Source: Blastocladiella emersonii ATCC 22665
Lineage: Eukaryota; Fungi; Blastocladiomycota
DNA length: 64,000 nt
Assembly: GCA_025594325.1 (NCBI GenBank)
Contig: JANHCV010000002.1
Coordinates: 2,542,001-2,606,000, forward strand
Direction of reading: 5' to 3'
Made by a program: the position numbers and the translations under genes. Numbering within the stretch: the first letter of the stretch is position 1; each line of letters starts with the position of its first letter. Below the pieces are notes generated by a model. It did not search any database, was not told the origin of the DNA, and saw only the letters and a list, made by a program, of their open reading frames with translations. Below, piece by piece: positions 21,385-32,600 of the stretch.

Positions 21385-22844
21385 TCAACGCCAATGCCCT
21401 CCTCGTCCTGTCGCTCCTGTGCGCCGGTACCGCCCGCGGCGCCGAGGTCGAACGCCGTGGTACGCGTCACGCGCGTGCTCGCATCACGTATCACTCGCGC
21501 CGGCGCTGACGCGTCCGCGGCGACGTGTAGAGCCGGTACAGCCGGGCGGTATCCCCGCGCCGGCGACGTGGCCTGGGACCGAGTACTCTGGCCATACCCA
21601 GCTGAAGCCGGACTCGTGGCACGGGTTCCTGGCCTGCACGGACTCGCGCAGTCTGTGGTCGCTGCGGCTCGACAGCCCGGTGGCGACGCGCCGCGCGACG
21701 TGACGGTCGACCTCGTTGTGTCGTACGAGGGCGCGAACATCAACCACGACACGCCGCACGCGTACCTGTGGGCCAACGGCCAGTGGGTCGCGCAGACCGA
21801 GGCGGCCGACCCCGTCAACGAGAAGTGCGCCGACACCCACGAGCAGTCGCCCGAGGTCGACACGCTGTGCCTGGCCAACCCGAACGCGCCCAAGCTGACG
21901 GCCACGCTCCCCGCCGGCACCGAGCGCTTCGCCTTCACGCCCATCACCGGCACCAAGTGCATGATGGGCATGTTCCGGTACCGCTTCACCTCGCCGCCCG
22001 CGTACTGCACCCCGACCAGCGCGCCCGACTACGTCGTCCCGCGCACCGCGGCCGGCACCGCTGCGGCGGCCGGGCTCCACGTCACGCAGCTCGCGTGTGC
22101 TCAGGTCAACCCCGATCTCGCCGACGTCATGTCCAAGAACGCCGTCGACGTGGCCAAGGGTACGCGCGCGAGTCACCTCTACGCCGTTGCGATGCGGTCC
22201 CTGATCCTCGACCGCCGCGTGTAGCCGGCATCGAGTGCATCGGTCTCGGTAAGCAGGCGCTGGTCGCGAGCTGGGAGGGCAACTCGTACGATCAGCCCGG
22301 GCTTCTCCTCGCGCTGCCTCGTGTCGCTGGCAAGGTACGCGTGTTCCTTCCTCATCCTCGCATAGCTCTCTCGCTCACGCTGCTCGACGCGTAGCTTCCC
22401 TCGGTCAATGTCGCCGAACCGTCGGCCTCGCTGCCGCCCATCTGCAAGCTGCGCAAGACCGGCGAAACCGAGTTCGGCCTGGTCCCGGGCACCGACTCGC
22501 CGATCCGCGTCGTGCGCGTCGCCGAGGACGTGGACGGCGCGTCGGCCGCCGCCGTGTGCACGCGCCACGGGTACACGCTCGCTGACATCAAGACGGGCGA
22601 CACCTTCACCGCGGCGTCGGGCATCGTCCACCAGGCGCTCTGCAAGAGCGGCACCGCGTGGATCCACTCGTACGACGGCGACTCGTACACGGGGTCGTGC
22701 GTCGCGCTCACGGCCGGCGACGCGGGCGACAAGCTCGGCAGCGTCACGGTCCCCGCGGGCGGGTGCACGGCCAAGCTCGGCGCGGTCCTGTGTCAGACGG
22801 TGGCGGCCGCATCAGCTCCGATGCAGCGCCGCAGCGAGCTCTGA
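21385..22844 (+). pseudogene. Secreted Cys-rich protein with two C-type-lectin-like modules, copy 1; disrupted (no in-frame ATG, 1-nt frameshift)
   Basis: Collinear with 23623-25104, including three identical intron positions. The signal-peptide frame (NALLVLSLLCAGTARGAEVERR) has no ATG after an upstream TGA TGA. The reading frame shifts at ~21678 (stop TGA 21701-21703). An assembly indel cannot be excluded. Confidence 0.6.
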
Positions 22845-23622
22845 GCTGTGCTCCAATTCTGAGCGCGGTCGGTGTTGCGCATTGCGAGGATGTGAATACC
22901 AGGTTTGATTGTTCCGCCCGCGTCTATCACGAGTAGTTCACTTGGCGGGGAAGGCGACGATCGAGTTGCGTGAGAGCGGTGCAGATCAAGCGAGAGCGGT
23001 CAGGCTTAACGGACGACCATGTTGGAAGCGGCACGGTGCGCTGCAACGTGGCGTGCCAGTAGGGCGGCATGTGGCAGTTAACGTCGGCCAGCTCGAGGCG
23101 AAATGCTCAGCTTACCGCCAGCCGGCCACGACTGGACGGGGCAGGGTAGCGGAGCGAGAACGCACAGCAGAAGCTCGCTGTCCGGCTCGCTGTCGTCCTC
23201 GACGTGGCGCGGATGCACCTGCCGGCGACCCACCCGAATCCCGGGCGCTGCATCAACCAGTTGCATCTACTGCATCGTGTATACATGGTGTGAGGGCTGA
23301 GCGGTCGCAAGTGCGAGGGAGGACGGACGAGGTTTGACGGGCGAGCGCGCCCCACCGAAAGCGCGGCGCGCGACTTCGGCGCAGCCGCGCACGTGGGTCG
23401 CGTCGCCCCGCCGTTCCAGACCTTCCAGGCCAGGCACGTCGGCAGAGGGTGCGCCGTGACCAACGCGTGCGCCCTGGCGTGCGCCCGCGAAGCGTGGGAA
23501 CCTGCCAGGGAACCTGCACTCGCCAGCGCGCAGGGCGGGCGAACGCACTCATGTCCGAGGTCCCTCCTCCGCGCACTCGCTCGACCGGATTCGGCATCGT
23601 GTGGCCTGTCGCAGTACCCGCA

Positions 23623-25104
23623 ATGCAGCTCATCAACGCCCTCCTCGTATTGTCGCTCCTGTGGGCCGGCACTGCGCGTGCCGCCGAAGTCGATCGCCGC
23701 GGTACGCATCGCGTTCGCATTCGCGCACACGCGCGACGCCGGCTGCTCACTAGAACCACGGCCACGACGCGTAGCGCCTGTGCAGTCGGGCGGCATCCCC
23801 GCGCCCGCGTTCTGGACGGGGTCCGAGTACCCGACCGACCCGTCGCTCAAGGGCATCATCAAGGAGAACACATGGACCCCGTTCACGGCGTGCGCGCGGG
23901 ACCCGTACTGGTCGGTCCACCTCGACCACCCCGACGCGGTGGCGCGCGGCGCGACGGTCGACGTGCTCCTCACCTTCTACAACGTCGCCGTCGAGCGCGA
24001 CTCGTTCCACGCCCTGGTGTGGGCCGGCGGCAAGTGGGTCGCCCAGACCGAGGCCGCGAGCCCCGTCAACGACCACTGCGCCCCCATCTACGCGCAGCCG
24101 TCCGAGATCGAGGCGCGGTGCGCCGGCAACCCGAACGTACCCAACCTCTCCGTGACGCTCCCGGCCGGCACCGAGCGCTTCGCGTTCCAGCCCATCACGG
24201 GCAACAAGTGCACGGCGGGCTTCTACCGCTTCCGCATTCCCGCGGCGCCCAAGTTCTGCGCCTCGACCGCCGCCCCCGACTACGTCGTCCCGCGCACCAC
24301 GGCTGGCGACGTTATGAAGGCCGCGCTCCCCGTTGCACAGCTCACGTGCAACCAGATCGGCGCCGATCTCGCCCCCGTCACGTCCAAGAACGCGGCTGAC
24401 GTCGCCAAGGGTACGCGACTCGTGCGCGTGTCGCTCATGCTCGTATGGTTCGTTACTGATCCCCAGACTCCGCATGTAGCCGGCATCGAGTGCATCGGCG
24501 CCAGTAAGCAGGCGCTCATCGCGAGCTGGGACGGCAACTCGTACGACCAGGCCGGTCTGCTACTCACTCTGCCCAGCAAGGCGGGCAAGGTATACCATAT
24601 TCAGCATATCCATCGTGCCGTCCAGTCGGCTAACCTTCACTGGTCCGCGCGTAGCTCCCCTCGGTCAACGCGGCCGACCCGTCGGTCTCGCTGCCGCCCA
24701 TCTGCAAGGTGCGCAAGGCCGCTGAGGTCGAGTACGGCCCGATCACTGGGACCGACTCGCCAATCCGCGTCGTGCGCGTCCTCGACGGCGTTGATGGTGC
24801 CTCGGCCGCCGCCGTGTGCACGCGTCGCGGCTACACGCTCGCCGACCTCAAGACGGGCGACACCTTTACCACGGCGTCGGGCATCACGTACCAGGCGCTC
24901 GGCAGCGGTGGTGCCGCGTGGATCCACTCGTACGACGGCGACGCGTACGCCGGCACCTGTGTCGCCCTCACGGTTGGCGGCTCGGGCACCCAGGCCGGTA
25001 GCGTCACGGTCCCCGCGGGCGGGTGCACGGCCAAACTCGGCGCGGTCGTGTGCCAGACGACGGCGCCCGTGTCGGCTCCCATGCAGCGCCGCAGCGAGCT
25101 TTGA
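23623..25104 (+). CDS. Secreted Cys-rich protein with two C-type-lectin-like modules, copy 2 (intact, 3 introns)
   Basis: Signal plus propeptide MQLINALLVLSLLWAGTARAAEVDRR; an uncharacterised N-terminal beta domain; then two A-x-x-C...LA(D)...A-W/L-I-x-S-W/Y-DG-x-x-Y modules. Ends PMQRRSEL*. The GT..AG introns keep the frame. Confidence 0.8.
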
Positions 25105-25411
25105 TTGATCGCGGGGATCCGCTGATGCTGGCCTCGAGCAAGCGCGTTGATGGGCTGGTCGAGTTCTCTGGGCCCGTTTGTCGTGACTCGCAGATATATC
25201 AAAGCAATTGTGGTTCACACGTTCGAGGGAATGCGTCAGCCTCTCAGTGAGTTGCTCGTCCTCATCGCGTGATTCCGAGCTAACCCGTCACAGGCGATCA
25301 GCTCGAGCGCGTTGCGCCACAGTATGGCCTCACGTGCCCGTGTTCGAACTTTTGTTTGCCCGGCTTCCCTCACGGCGCGGAAATCGGCGTTCGCGAAACC
25401 ACTTTTCGATG

Positions 25412-27342
25412 CACACCAAAAACGCACCCAGCCACCGCCGCCGGACCACGGCCGGATTCCGCTGAACCCCGCCACCCCTCAGCGAGGCAAGCCGGATCCC
25501 GCTGTCCGCCCACCCCAGCCGGATCCTCCTGCCGCCCGCCATCCCCCGCTCGCAGGAATCCGCCTCCCCTCCGCCACGGCTGGCCCAACTCACCTCCCTT
25601 CGCTCATGCGCACCCCCTGCCGCCACCTCGCGACTCCCCATGAATACACAGCTCTTGTCTGAACTTATCGCAACGTGGATTTAAAGTCCTTGTGAGCCTG
25701 CCGCCGTCGCGGGGTTGCTGCCCGCTCCCACCCGACGCAGGGCCGTGCTTGCCCACTCCCCCCTCGTTCCCCGCGCTTGGAGCGGTCCCCTCGCGCGTAT
25801 CACATCCCCTTGCGCGCGTCACGGCAGCAGCCAACCACCTCTCCTTGAGCTCGTCCAACGCCGCGACGCGCTTCACGCAGCCGCCCAGTCCGCCCACGCC
25901 CGCGCACGCCCACCTCGGCCCTCGTGCCCGTCGCCGCCTGTCGTGACGCACGCGCTCGTCCTCCTCCGCACGTTGACGCCGGGACTTGTGCTCGCGACGG
26001 CTCGGCGCGCAAGGGCCTCTGCCTCGCGCGATGCAAGCGACGTGCAGTCCGCGTGCAGCCATGTGAGCGATGGCGATCGAAGGTTGGGGCGACCCGGCCC
26101 CTAAAGGCCGGCGCACCGCCGCCCGCCTTCTCGCTCCCTCCGCGCCGCGCTCTGCTGCTGTCCCTCACCCTCACAACCCGCGGTGCCGCCAGCACGCCCC
26201 CGACCCTCTGCTCGACGACAGCACCACGTAACCCGCCACGTCCTTCGATACCGCAGCGCTCGCTGGCCGGCCGCGCGAGGACCATCTCGCCGTCCGTCAC
26301 CTTGTTCGCCCGCGCCATGCGTCGACGCACGTTGACGGCGGCCAGTGTGACCATGGCGCGCTCGGATCCTCCCACGGTGCACGTTGCTCGTGCTCACTCG
26401 AACCGCCGCCGTGTAGTGACGCTCGCCCACATCCCCTCGCGCAGTACACAAGACCCACACGGCCACATCCCGCCAGGTATGTGTGCCGCTCCAACTCGAT
26501 CACGACCGTCCTCGCTCCGCGCCGACTGACTCGACAGCATTGCGACAGCACGGTTCGCCGACCTCAATCAGCTCGCCGCCCCGCTCACTGTTCGACTCTT
26601 GCCAACTCTTCACGCCTCCTCGCCCCATCTCATCGTCGTTAGCCGTACGCCCTCACTCCTTCGCTTTCTCTCGCACAGCTAGCGCCAAGTTCGACGAACC
26701 CGCGCTCCGACCTAACGGTGATCATGTCCGCGTACGTGTGTGCTCCGTCGGTCTTGCCGCTCAGCACAAGTCCCTGGGCCACCTCTCCGCGCGACTCACT
26801 CGGTTTCCTCCTCGCTCGATCTCGACCAAGGCCGTCATCCCGCCCGACCAAGGTGTCGTATCCGCCGCAACAAGCTCCAGGTCGCTCCGCGCATGCTCCC
26901 GCCCAACTCGTCGCCAAGGCCTCGTTCTAACGGCCCGTTCACTTACTGCTCCACCTGTCGACTGGACGCGGCCTGCCGCTCGTCGCGATCCCGTCGGTCT
27001 CCTGTGCCAGTAGCAACTGGCGGACTCGTATATCATTAATAAACTCGCCCACAGCGGCTCTTCATGTCTATCTCATCCGCCTAATATTGAGGGAGCGCGC
27101 TGACTGAAGGGAGCGAACCCGCTTTTATCACGCTGTTTAAGTCAGAGGATTTATGGCGGAGTCCGTTGACGTGAGAAGCCGGATGCAGGGCAGTTTCCGC
27201 CTTCCAGCGGACGGGCGGCGGATTCCGCTGAGGCGCGCTCAGCCCGGATCCGCCTGAGTTTCAGCGGATCCCGGCGGCGGTCCGGTGACCCCTCCGGAAG
27301 GCGGATTCCGCCGGCCATCCTGCTGGGTGCGCTTTTGGTGTG
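25412..27342. mobile_element. Non-autonomous TIR DNA transposon, CACTA/CMC-like (1,931 bp)
   Basis: CACACCAAAAACGCACCCAGC (25412-25432) matches the reverse complement of 27322-27342 (CACACCAAAAGCGCACCCAGC) at 20/21 positions. ATG flanks both ends (25409-25411, 27343-27345). Subterminal CGGAT(T)CCGC(TGA) repeats cluster at both ends. No transposase was recognised. Confidence 0.75.
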
Positions 27343-27556
27343 ATGGGGAGATGACCATCAGATTTACCCGGCGCGTGGAACTTGGGGCCACACGTGCGGA
27401 TGGGAGAGAAGCCGCGCCGCGTCCTTGGCCCTTGTTTCCTCCGGGGAACAAGAAAGTTCGAAACGAGGCGCGTCAGGGGTGACGCGGACACGAATAGAGT
27501 GCCGAGCGGCGCGCCGACCTGCTCGCCCTGCCGCCCGCCGACCGAATCCGACGAGA

Positions 27557-27562
27557 TATAAA
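27557..27562 (+). promoter_or_regulatory. TATA-like box upstream of subtilisin
   Basis: TATAAA 90 bp upstream of ATG 27647 in otherwise GC-rich DNA. Confidence 0.4.
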
Positions 27563-27646
27563 CCGCGACGTCCCCTCGCTCGCCACCCTCTCTCGCTCCC
27601 GCATCGACGAGCGCTAGAGACATCATACAGACCCTACTCGCACACG

Positions 27647-28855
27647 ATGCAGATCACGCAACTCGTCGCGACGCTCGCGCTCCTCGTCGCCGCCGTGGCC
27701 CCGGGCTCCCACGCGCTGCCAAAGCTCGCCGCGCGCGAGCCCGTGTCGGTGCAGGACAAGTACATTGTGACGCTCAAGCCGGACGCCGACATCCGCGTGT
27801 TCACGCAGGAGCTGCTCGCCGTCGTCGGGTCGGAGAACAGCCGCGACCCGACCTTCAACGGCGGCCTGAGCGTGGTTTCGGCGATCGGCTACAAGTACGA
27901 CATGGGCCCCGACTTCAAGGGCTACTCGGGCACCTTCTCGAAGGGCGTCATCAACCGGCTCCTCGCCAACCCGAGCGTGGCGGCCATCGAGCCCGACGCC
28001 ATCGTGTACGCCGCGGCATCGCAGTCGCCCGCCGGCTCGTGGGGCCTGACGCGCGTCGGCCAGCGCGACCTCGACCTCTCGGCGGGCTACACGTACCCGG
28101 ACTCGGCGGGCGAGGGCGTCACCAACTACGTCCTTGACACGGGCGTCATGGTGTCGCACCCGGGATTCGAGGGCCGCGCGCGGTTCGGCTACAAGGCGGT
28201 CCGCACTTGGGCCGACGGCGACGTCAACGGGCACGGCACTCACGTCGCGGGCACGATCGCGTCCAAGACGCATGGCGTGGCGCCCAAGTCGATGGTCGTG
28301 TCGGTCAAGGTGCTCGGCGATGACGGCGTCGGCACCAACGCGGCGCTGATCGCCGGCATCAACTGGGTCGCGGGGCAGGCCAAGGCCGCGGGCAAGACGT
28401 CCGTCGCCAACCTGTCGCTGGCCGGTGGCAAGTCGCTGGCCGTGAACGCGGCCGTCAAGGCGCTCGTCGCGTCGGGCGTGGTCACGGTGGTGCCCGCGGG
28501 CAACTCGAACCAGGACGCGTGCCGCCAGTCGCCGTCCTCGGAGCCGTCGGCCGTGACGGTCGCGTCGTCGGCCAACACGGACGCGCTGTCGCCCTTCTCC
28601 AACTACGGCAGCAAGTGCGTCGACATCATCGCGCCGGGCAGCGCCATCACGTCGCTGTGGAACAAAGGCGGCACCAACACCATCTCGGGCACGTCCATGG
28701 CTGCGGCGCACGTCGCGGGCGCCGCCAGTCTTGTGCTCGGCGCCAACCCCGCGCTGTCCGTGGCCAACGTCGTGGCGCAGCTGATCAACAACGCTACGCC
28801 CAACAAGATCACCCTCAACAAGACTTCCCCGAATAAGCTCGTCTACGTCAACTGA
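27647..28855 (+). CDS. Secreted subtilisin-like serine protease (S8A, proteinase K type) with I9 propeptide; intronless
   Basis: Signal peptide MQITQLVATLALLVAAVAPGSHA; I9 prodomain (KYIVTLK...IEPD); catalytic YVLDTG, NGHGTHVAG and SGTSMA; oxyanion AGN. Confidence 0.97.
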   Translation: MQITQLVATLALLVAAVAPGSHALPKLAAREPVSVQDKYIVTLKPDADIRVFTQELLAVVGSENSRDPTFNGGLSVVSAIGYKYDMGPDFKGYSGTFSKGVINRLLANPSVAAIEPDAIVYAAASQSPAGSWGLTRVGQRDLDLSAGYTYPDSAGEGVTNYVLDTGVMVSHPGFEGRARFGYKAVRTWADGDVNGHGTHVAGTIASKTHGVAPKSMVVSVKVLGDDGVGTNAALIAGINWVAGQAKAAGKTSVANLSLAGGKSLAVNAAVKALVASGVVTVVPAGNSNQDACRQSPSSEPSAVTVASSANTDALSPFSNYGSKCVDIIAPGSAITSLWNKGGTNTISGTSMAAAHVAGAASLVLGANPALSVANVVAQLINNATPNKITLNKTSPNKLVYVN

Positions 28856-29512
28856 GACGGCGGCACAAGGTCTTCTGTGCTTCGCACAGCGAGCCATTCG
28901 CTTCTCCGGTGGTCGACCTCGCGCATATCCCGCTTTACCTCTCCGTTCTTGAGTCCCTTATTCACCCCATATCACTCAACATGAACATACCTCTTGCTGT
29001 TGCAACCGCTTGCTTTCACTCGCCGCTCGCGACTCAGGCTGAGTTGAAGGGCCGCCATGTCGTGCATCGTTTGATGTAATCGTTGCGGGGTTGCTGACTG
29101 GTAGCGCTAGCATACATAAGTTAAAGAATTAAACGTTGCACCCGAGGGGTTCGAGCGAATTGTGTGCGCGGGCAGCCGTCGTGTAACAAACACCCCGCGG
29201 CGAAGCGAGCGAGGGCGCTGGTCTCGTCACGCTCGCAGCGACAGTAGTCGAGTACACCTCGAAGTTGGTGCTCTGCATTTAATCTACCTGCGACGTAACC
29301 TAGCACCGCGATGCGTCGCCCGCGAGACATCTGCGAGGGACGCGTCGATCAAACACGTGACACGTGAGACACGACGCGGCGAGGTGGCCTCGGCGCTCGG
29401 CGCTTGGCGCTCCATTTATCCCACGATCCCTCTGGCGGGCAAGATGCATCAATCTCAGCTTCCCCTCACAGCTTACAAGGATAGACAATAAACGGGTATA
29501 GAATAATCGTGG

Positions 29513-30659
29513 TCAGTTAAACGAGAGCGGCACGCCCGACCAGGACGCCAGCTCCTCGGGACAATGCCCGAATTCGGGACCAGGCGCACCGTCCGCGACG
29601 TGGACGAGCGCACTCAGATCAAATGTGCACGCCAGCGCCGGATTCGACAAAGGCGCCGTGCTCGCAGCAGCCAGCGAAGAAGCAAAACACGTCAGCGAAG
29701 CGAGCGCGCTTGCGGAACAGTGAAAGAGCGGATCGCTGGCAGTCACCGCTGCAGCGACGTGTTCCACAGCGACGGGTTCCCTCGCCGCCGGCGGGGTCGC
29801 GACAGTCGTCGAAGCACCGGGTAGCGGCTCTTCCGCCAGTTTCCCAACCTGCGGTACTCGCTTCGGGCGGCGGGAAATCTCGCTCATGAGCAGCGACACG
29901 AGCTCGTGCTTGGGGACGGACTCGAGCGCGCGACTTCTGAGCGAGACGACGGAGCTGAGGATCCACCTCACAAAGAGGAGGCACCGCTCGTCGTCACGCT
30001 CGATCCCACTAAGAAGAGTGGCGCGGCACTTGGCGCTGTCGGCAAGGTGGGCGCGAGCGCGGTGGCTGCCCGAGCGAGCGGTTCAGTCAGTGAGCGAGGC
30101 TGCAACGAGGCGAGCGTATCAAGCAGATCGTACGCCTTGCTGAACATTTTGCTCTTGCAGCCGAGTCCCGACGAGGCCGAATCAGCGGCACGGTTCGGGC
30201 ACTCGTGAGCGTTGCGGAGAATGTAGTGCGCGGTGCCGAGGTGCTCGATCAGCTGCTCGGTGCGGTCCTGAAGCCCTCCCCTACGCAGCAGCGCGGTGAG
30301 CACGGATTCACGGTCAGGCGAAGTTCGGAAGAGATCGGGCCGTACTTGGGCCTCACGGTGCAGGCTACGAAGCGGCCACATAGCGGGCAGGCGTGTCCGA
30401 CGCGCGCGCCGCGAGGGCCACTCGGGTTGCCCTCAACGCGGTACAAAATGGGTTCACGGATGAAGTTGAGAGCCACTTCGAGATCGCTGCAGCTGATGAG
30501 CTCGGCAACGTGCTCGCGGGAGTGGCCTTGTCCGAGCAGGTGCTGTATGTGCGCGTCCGTGAAGAGCTCCGGGTTGAGGTGCTTGATCAGGGGCGGCTCC
30601 GCCCTGGCCTCCGCCCTTGCCTCTGCCTCAGGCGTAGTTTCCAGTTGCATGGGTTCCAT
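29513..30659 (-). CDS. Hypothetical zinc-finger-like protein (~337 aa, 2 introns)
   Basis: Three track ORFs join via introns 30281-30345 and 30066-30133 (GTAC...CTGAC...AG); exon sum 1014 nt is in frame. Product contains CPLCGRF...LIEHLGTAH and HECP...GCKSKMFSKAHRARAHLADSAKC. Confidence 0.6.
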
Positions 30660-31028
30660 GGTGGTTCATGAATCACTCGATGGCGGGAGGGATCGAAGGC
30701 GCGAGCGGATCGGCGACCTGCGGCCAGCGGGTCGCCACCGCAGCGAACCGCGGCCTTGAACGGCGAGCGCTCTGACCGGACTCCGACGCCACAGCACGTG
30801 AGCAGGCGAAATGAATTTCTCTTTTTTTTTTTTCCGCTGTTCTACCGGCTCCCTGCACGCCGAGCTCGAGGATCACGGCTCGCATCAATTGAGTCGTGCC
30901 GAGGATTTTCCTGCATCCGGGGCTCGACCCGGAGAAGAACCACGCACACAAATGGCGCCTACTTAAGCCGACTGGTCCCTGGCGGCGAACGGTTCCTGTC
31001 CCTGCATCACGACCCCACGTAACCTGCA

Positions 31029-32600
31029 ATGACTATCATCGCCTCCCCTCCTACCGCGGCTTCGGGAGCTTCGCGACCAAGCGACGCGCCTCGCATGGCC
31101 GCGCTGGACCGCCTCCGCCATCACCCATGGTCAATCGTCCTCTTCGCCACGTTTACCGTTTTCGTCGACATGGTCGTGTACTCGGCCGCGATCCCGATCC
31201 TCCCCGAGATCGTGTCCAAGGACCTCGGCCTCACGTCGACGCACACGGGCGTGCTCGTCGGCATCTACGGTACGCGTCGCTTGGCTAGCTCTCGCGCGCG
31301 GTCACGACTCACCGCGCCCGCACTGCACGCGTAGCCGCTGGTCTCTTGATCTTCACGCCCATCTTCGGGTACTGGTCCGACTGGCTCGGCACGCGCAAGA
31401 CCCCCGTGATCATGTCGCTCATCGCGCTTTGCGTGACGTCGGCCTTGTACCTCGTCGCGACCGAGTACTGGCACTACCTGCTCGTTCGCGTCGTGCAGGG
31501 CATCGCCGCCGCGGGCAACACGACCGTCAGCTTCGCGCTCGCCGGCGACGTGTTTCCGCAGTCGCAGCTCGGCGCGGCCATGGGCGTGACGTTCACGGGC
31601 TTCAGCCTGGGCAGCATGGTCGGCCCGACCATCGGCGGGCTGCTCTACGACGGCGTCGGCCACCGCGCGCCCTTTGTCTTCTTCATGTCGCTGACGGCGC
31701 TCAACCTGCTGTTGCGCTTCGTGATCGACGAGACCCCTGCTTGCAGCTACAAGCGCGCCATCACGGCTGCCGGCGGCGCGTCCATGGACGCGACTGAAGT
31801 CACGTCAGCGCCGCAGTCGTCGACGTCGCCCGTGTCCCTGCTGACGCTGCTCAAGGCGCGCCCGATCTGGCTCAACACGCTCGCCGTCCTGGTGCTCGGC
31901 ACCGTCATCAGCGGCCTCGAACCCATTCTCCCGCCCTTCCTCACCGCGCTGCACGGCACCTCGGTCGCCGCCAACGGTCTCTTCTTCCTCGCGCTTTCGG
32001 TTCCCGGTCTCGTTACTGGCCCGATCGGTACGCCCCTTCCCCACTCGACGACTCCAACGCGGAGCTTTCTCCCATGGCTCACTCCGAGTCTTGTGAAATG
32101 TAGCGGGCCACCTGTGCGACCGGTTCGGCTCGCGGCCCGTGATTCTGTTCGGGATCATCGCCGTCATTGCGGCGGCGCCCCTGATCGGCCTGCGCGTGAA
32201 CATGGCCGTCACGATCCTCACGCTGCTCCTCCTCGGCGCCGTGACCCCGATCTCCATGACGCCGCCGCTGCCCGAGATGGGCGGGTACGTTGACGTCACC
32301 CACCCGGGATCGAGCGGCCAGGTCTACGCCATCTTCAACATGGCGTACGCGTCGTCGCTCTTCGTCGGCCCCGTCGTTTCTGGCGCGCTGTACGAGGCGC
32401 TCGGCATGGCCGGCTGCATGGGCTTGTTCTCCGGGCTCACCGCGGTCGTCGGTATTCTCTACGCTGTCCTCGATCCCTCGCGCGGGAACCGGATGGAGGC
32501 CGACGACGCGAAGAAGGACGCGGCGGGCGCGGAGGAGGCACAGATCTCCGCCGAGGCGATCTCGTTTGAGGCCTACTTTGCCGCGCACTACCGCTCATAG
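31029..32600 (+). CDS. MFS transporter (SLC18/vesicular amine transporter-like, DHA1 group), 2 introns
   Basis: About 12 hydrophobic helices. Motifs: FVDMVVYSAAIPILP, motif A GYWSDWLGTRK, RVVQGIAAA, GSMVGPTIGGLLY, second motif A GHLCDRFGSR, GQVYAIFNMAY. Introns near 31271-31334 and 32028-32103. Confidence 0.93.

Noticed and set aside
29140-29160. GGGGTTCGAGC resembling a tRNA T-loop
   Set aside because: No acceptor, D or anticodon stems could be formed around it.
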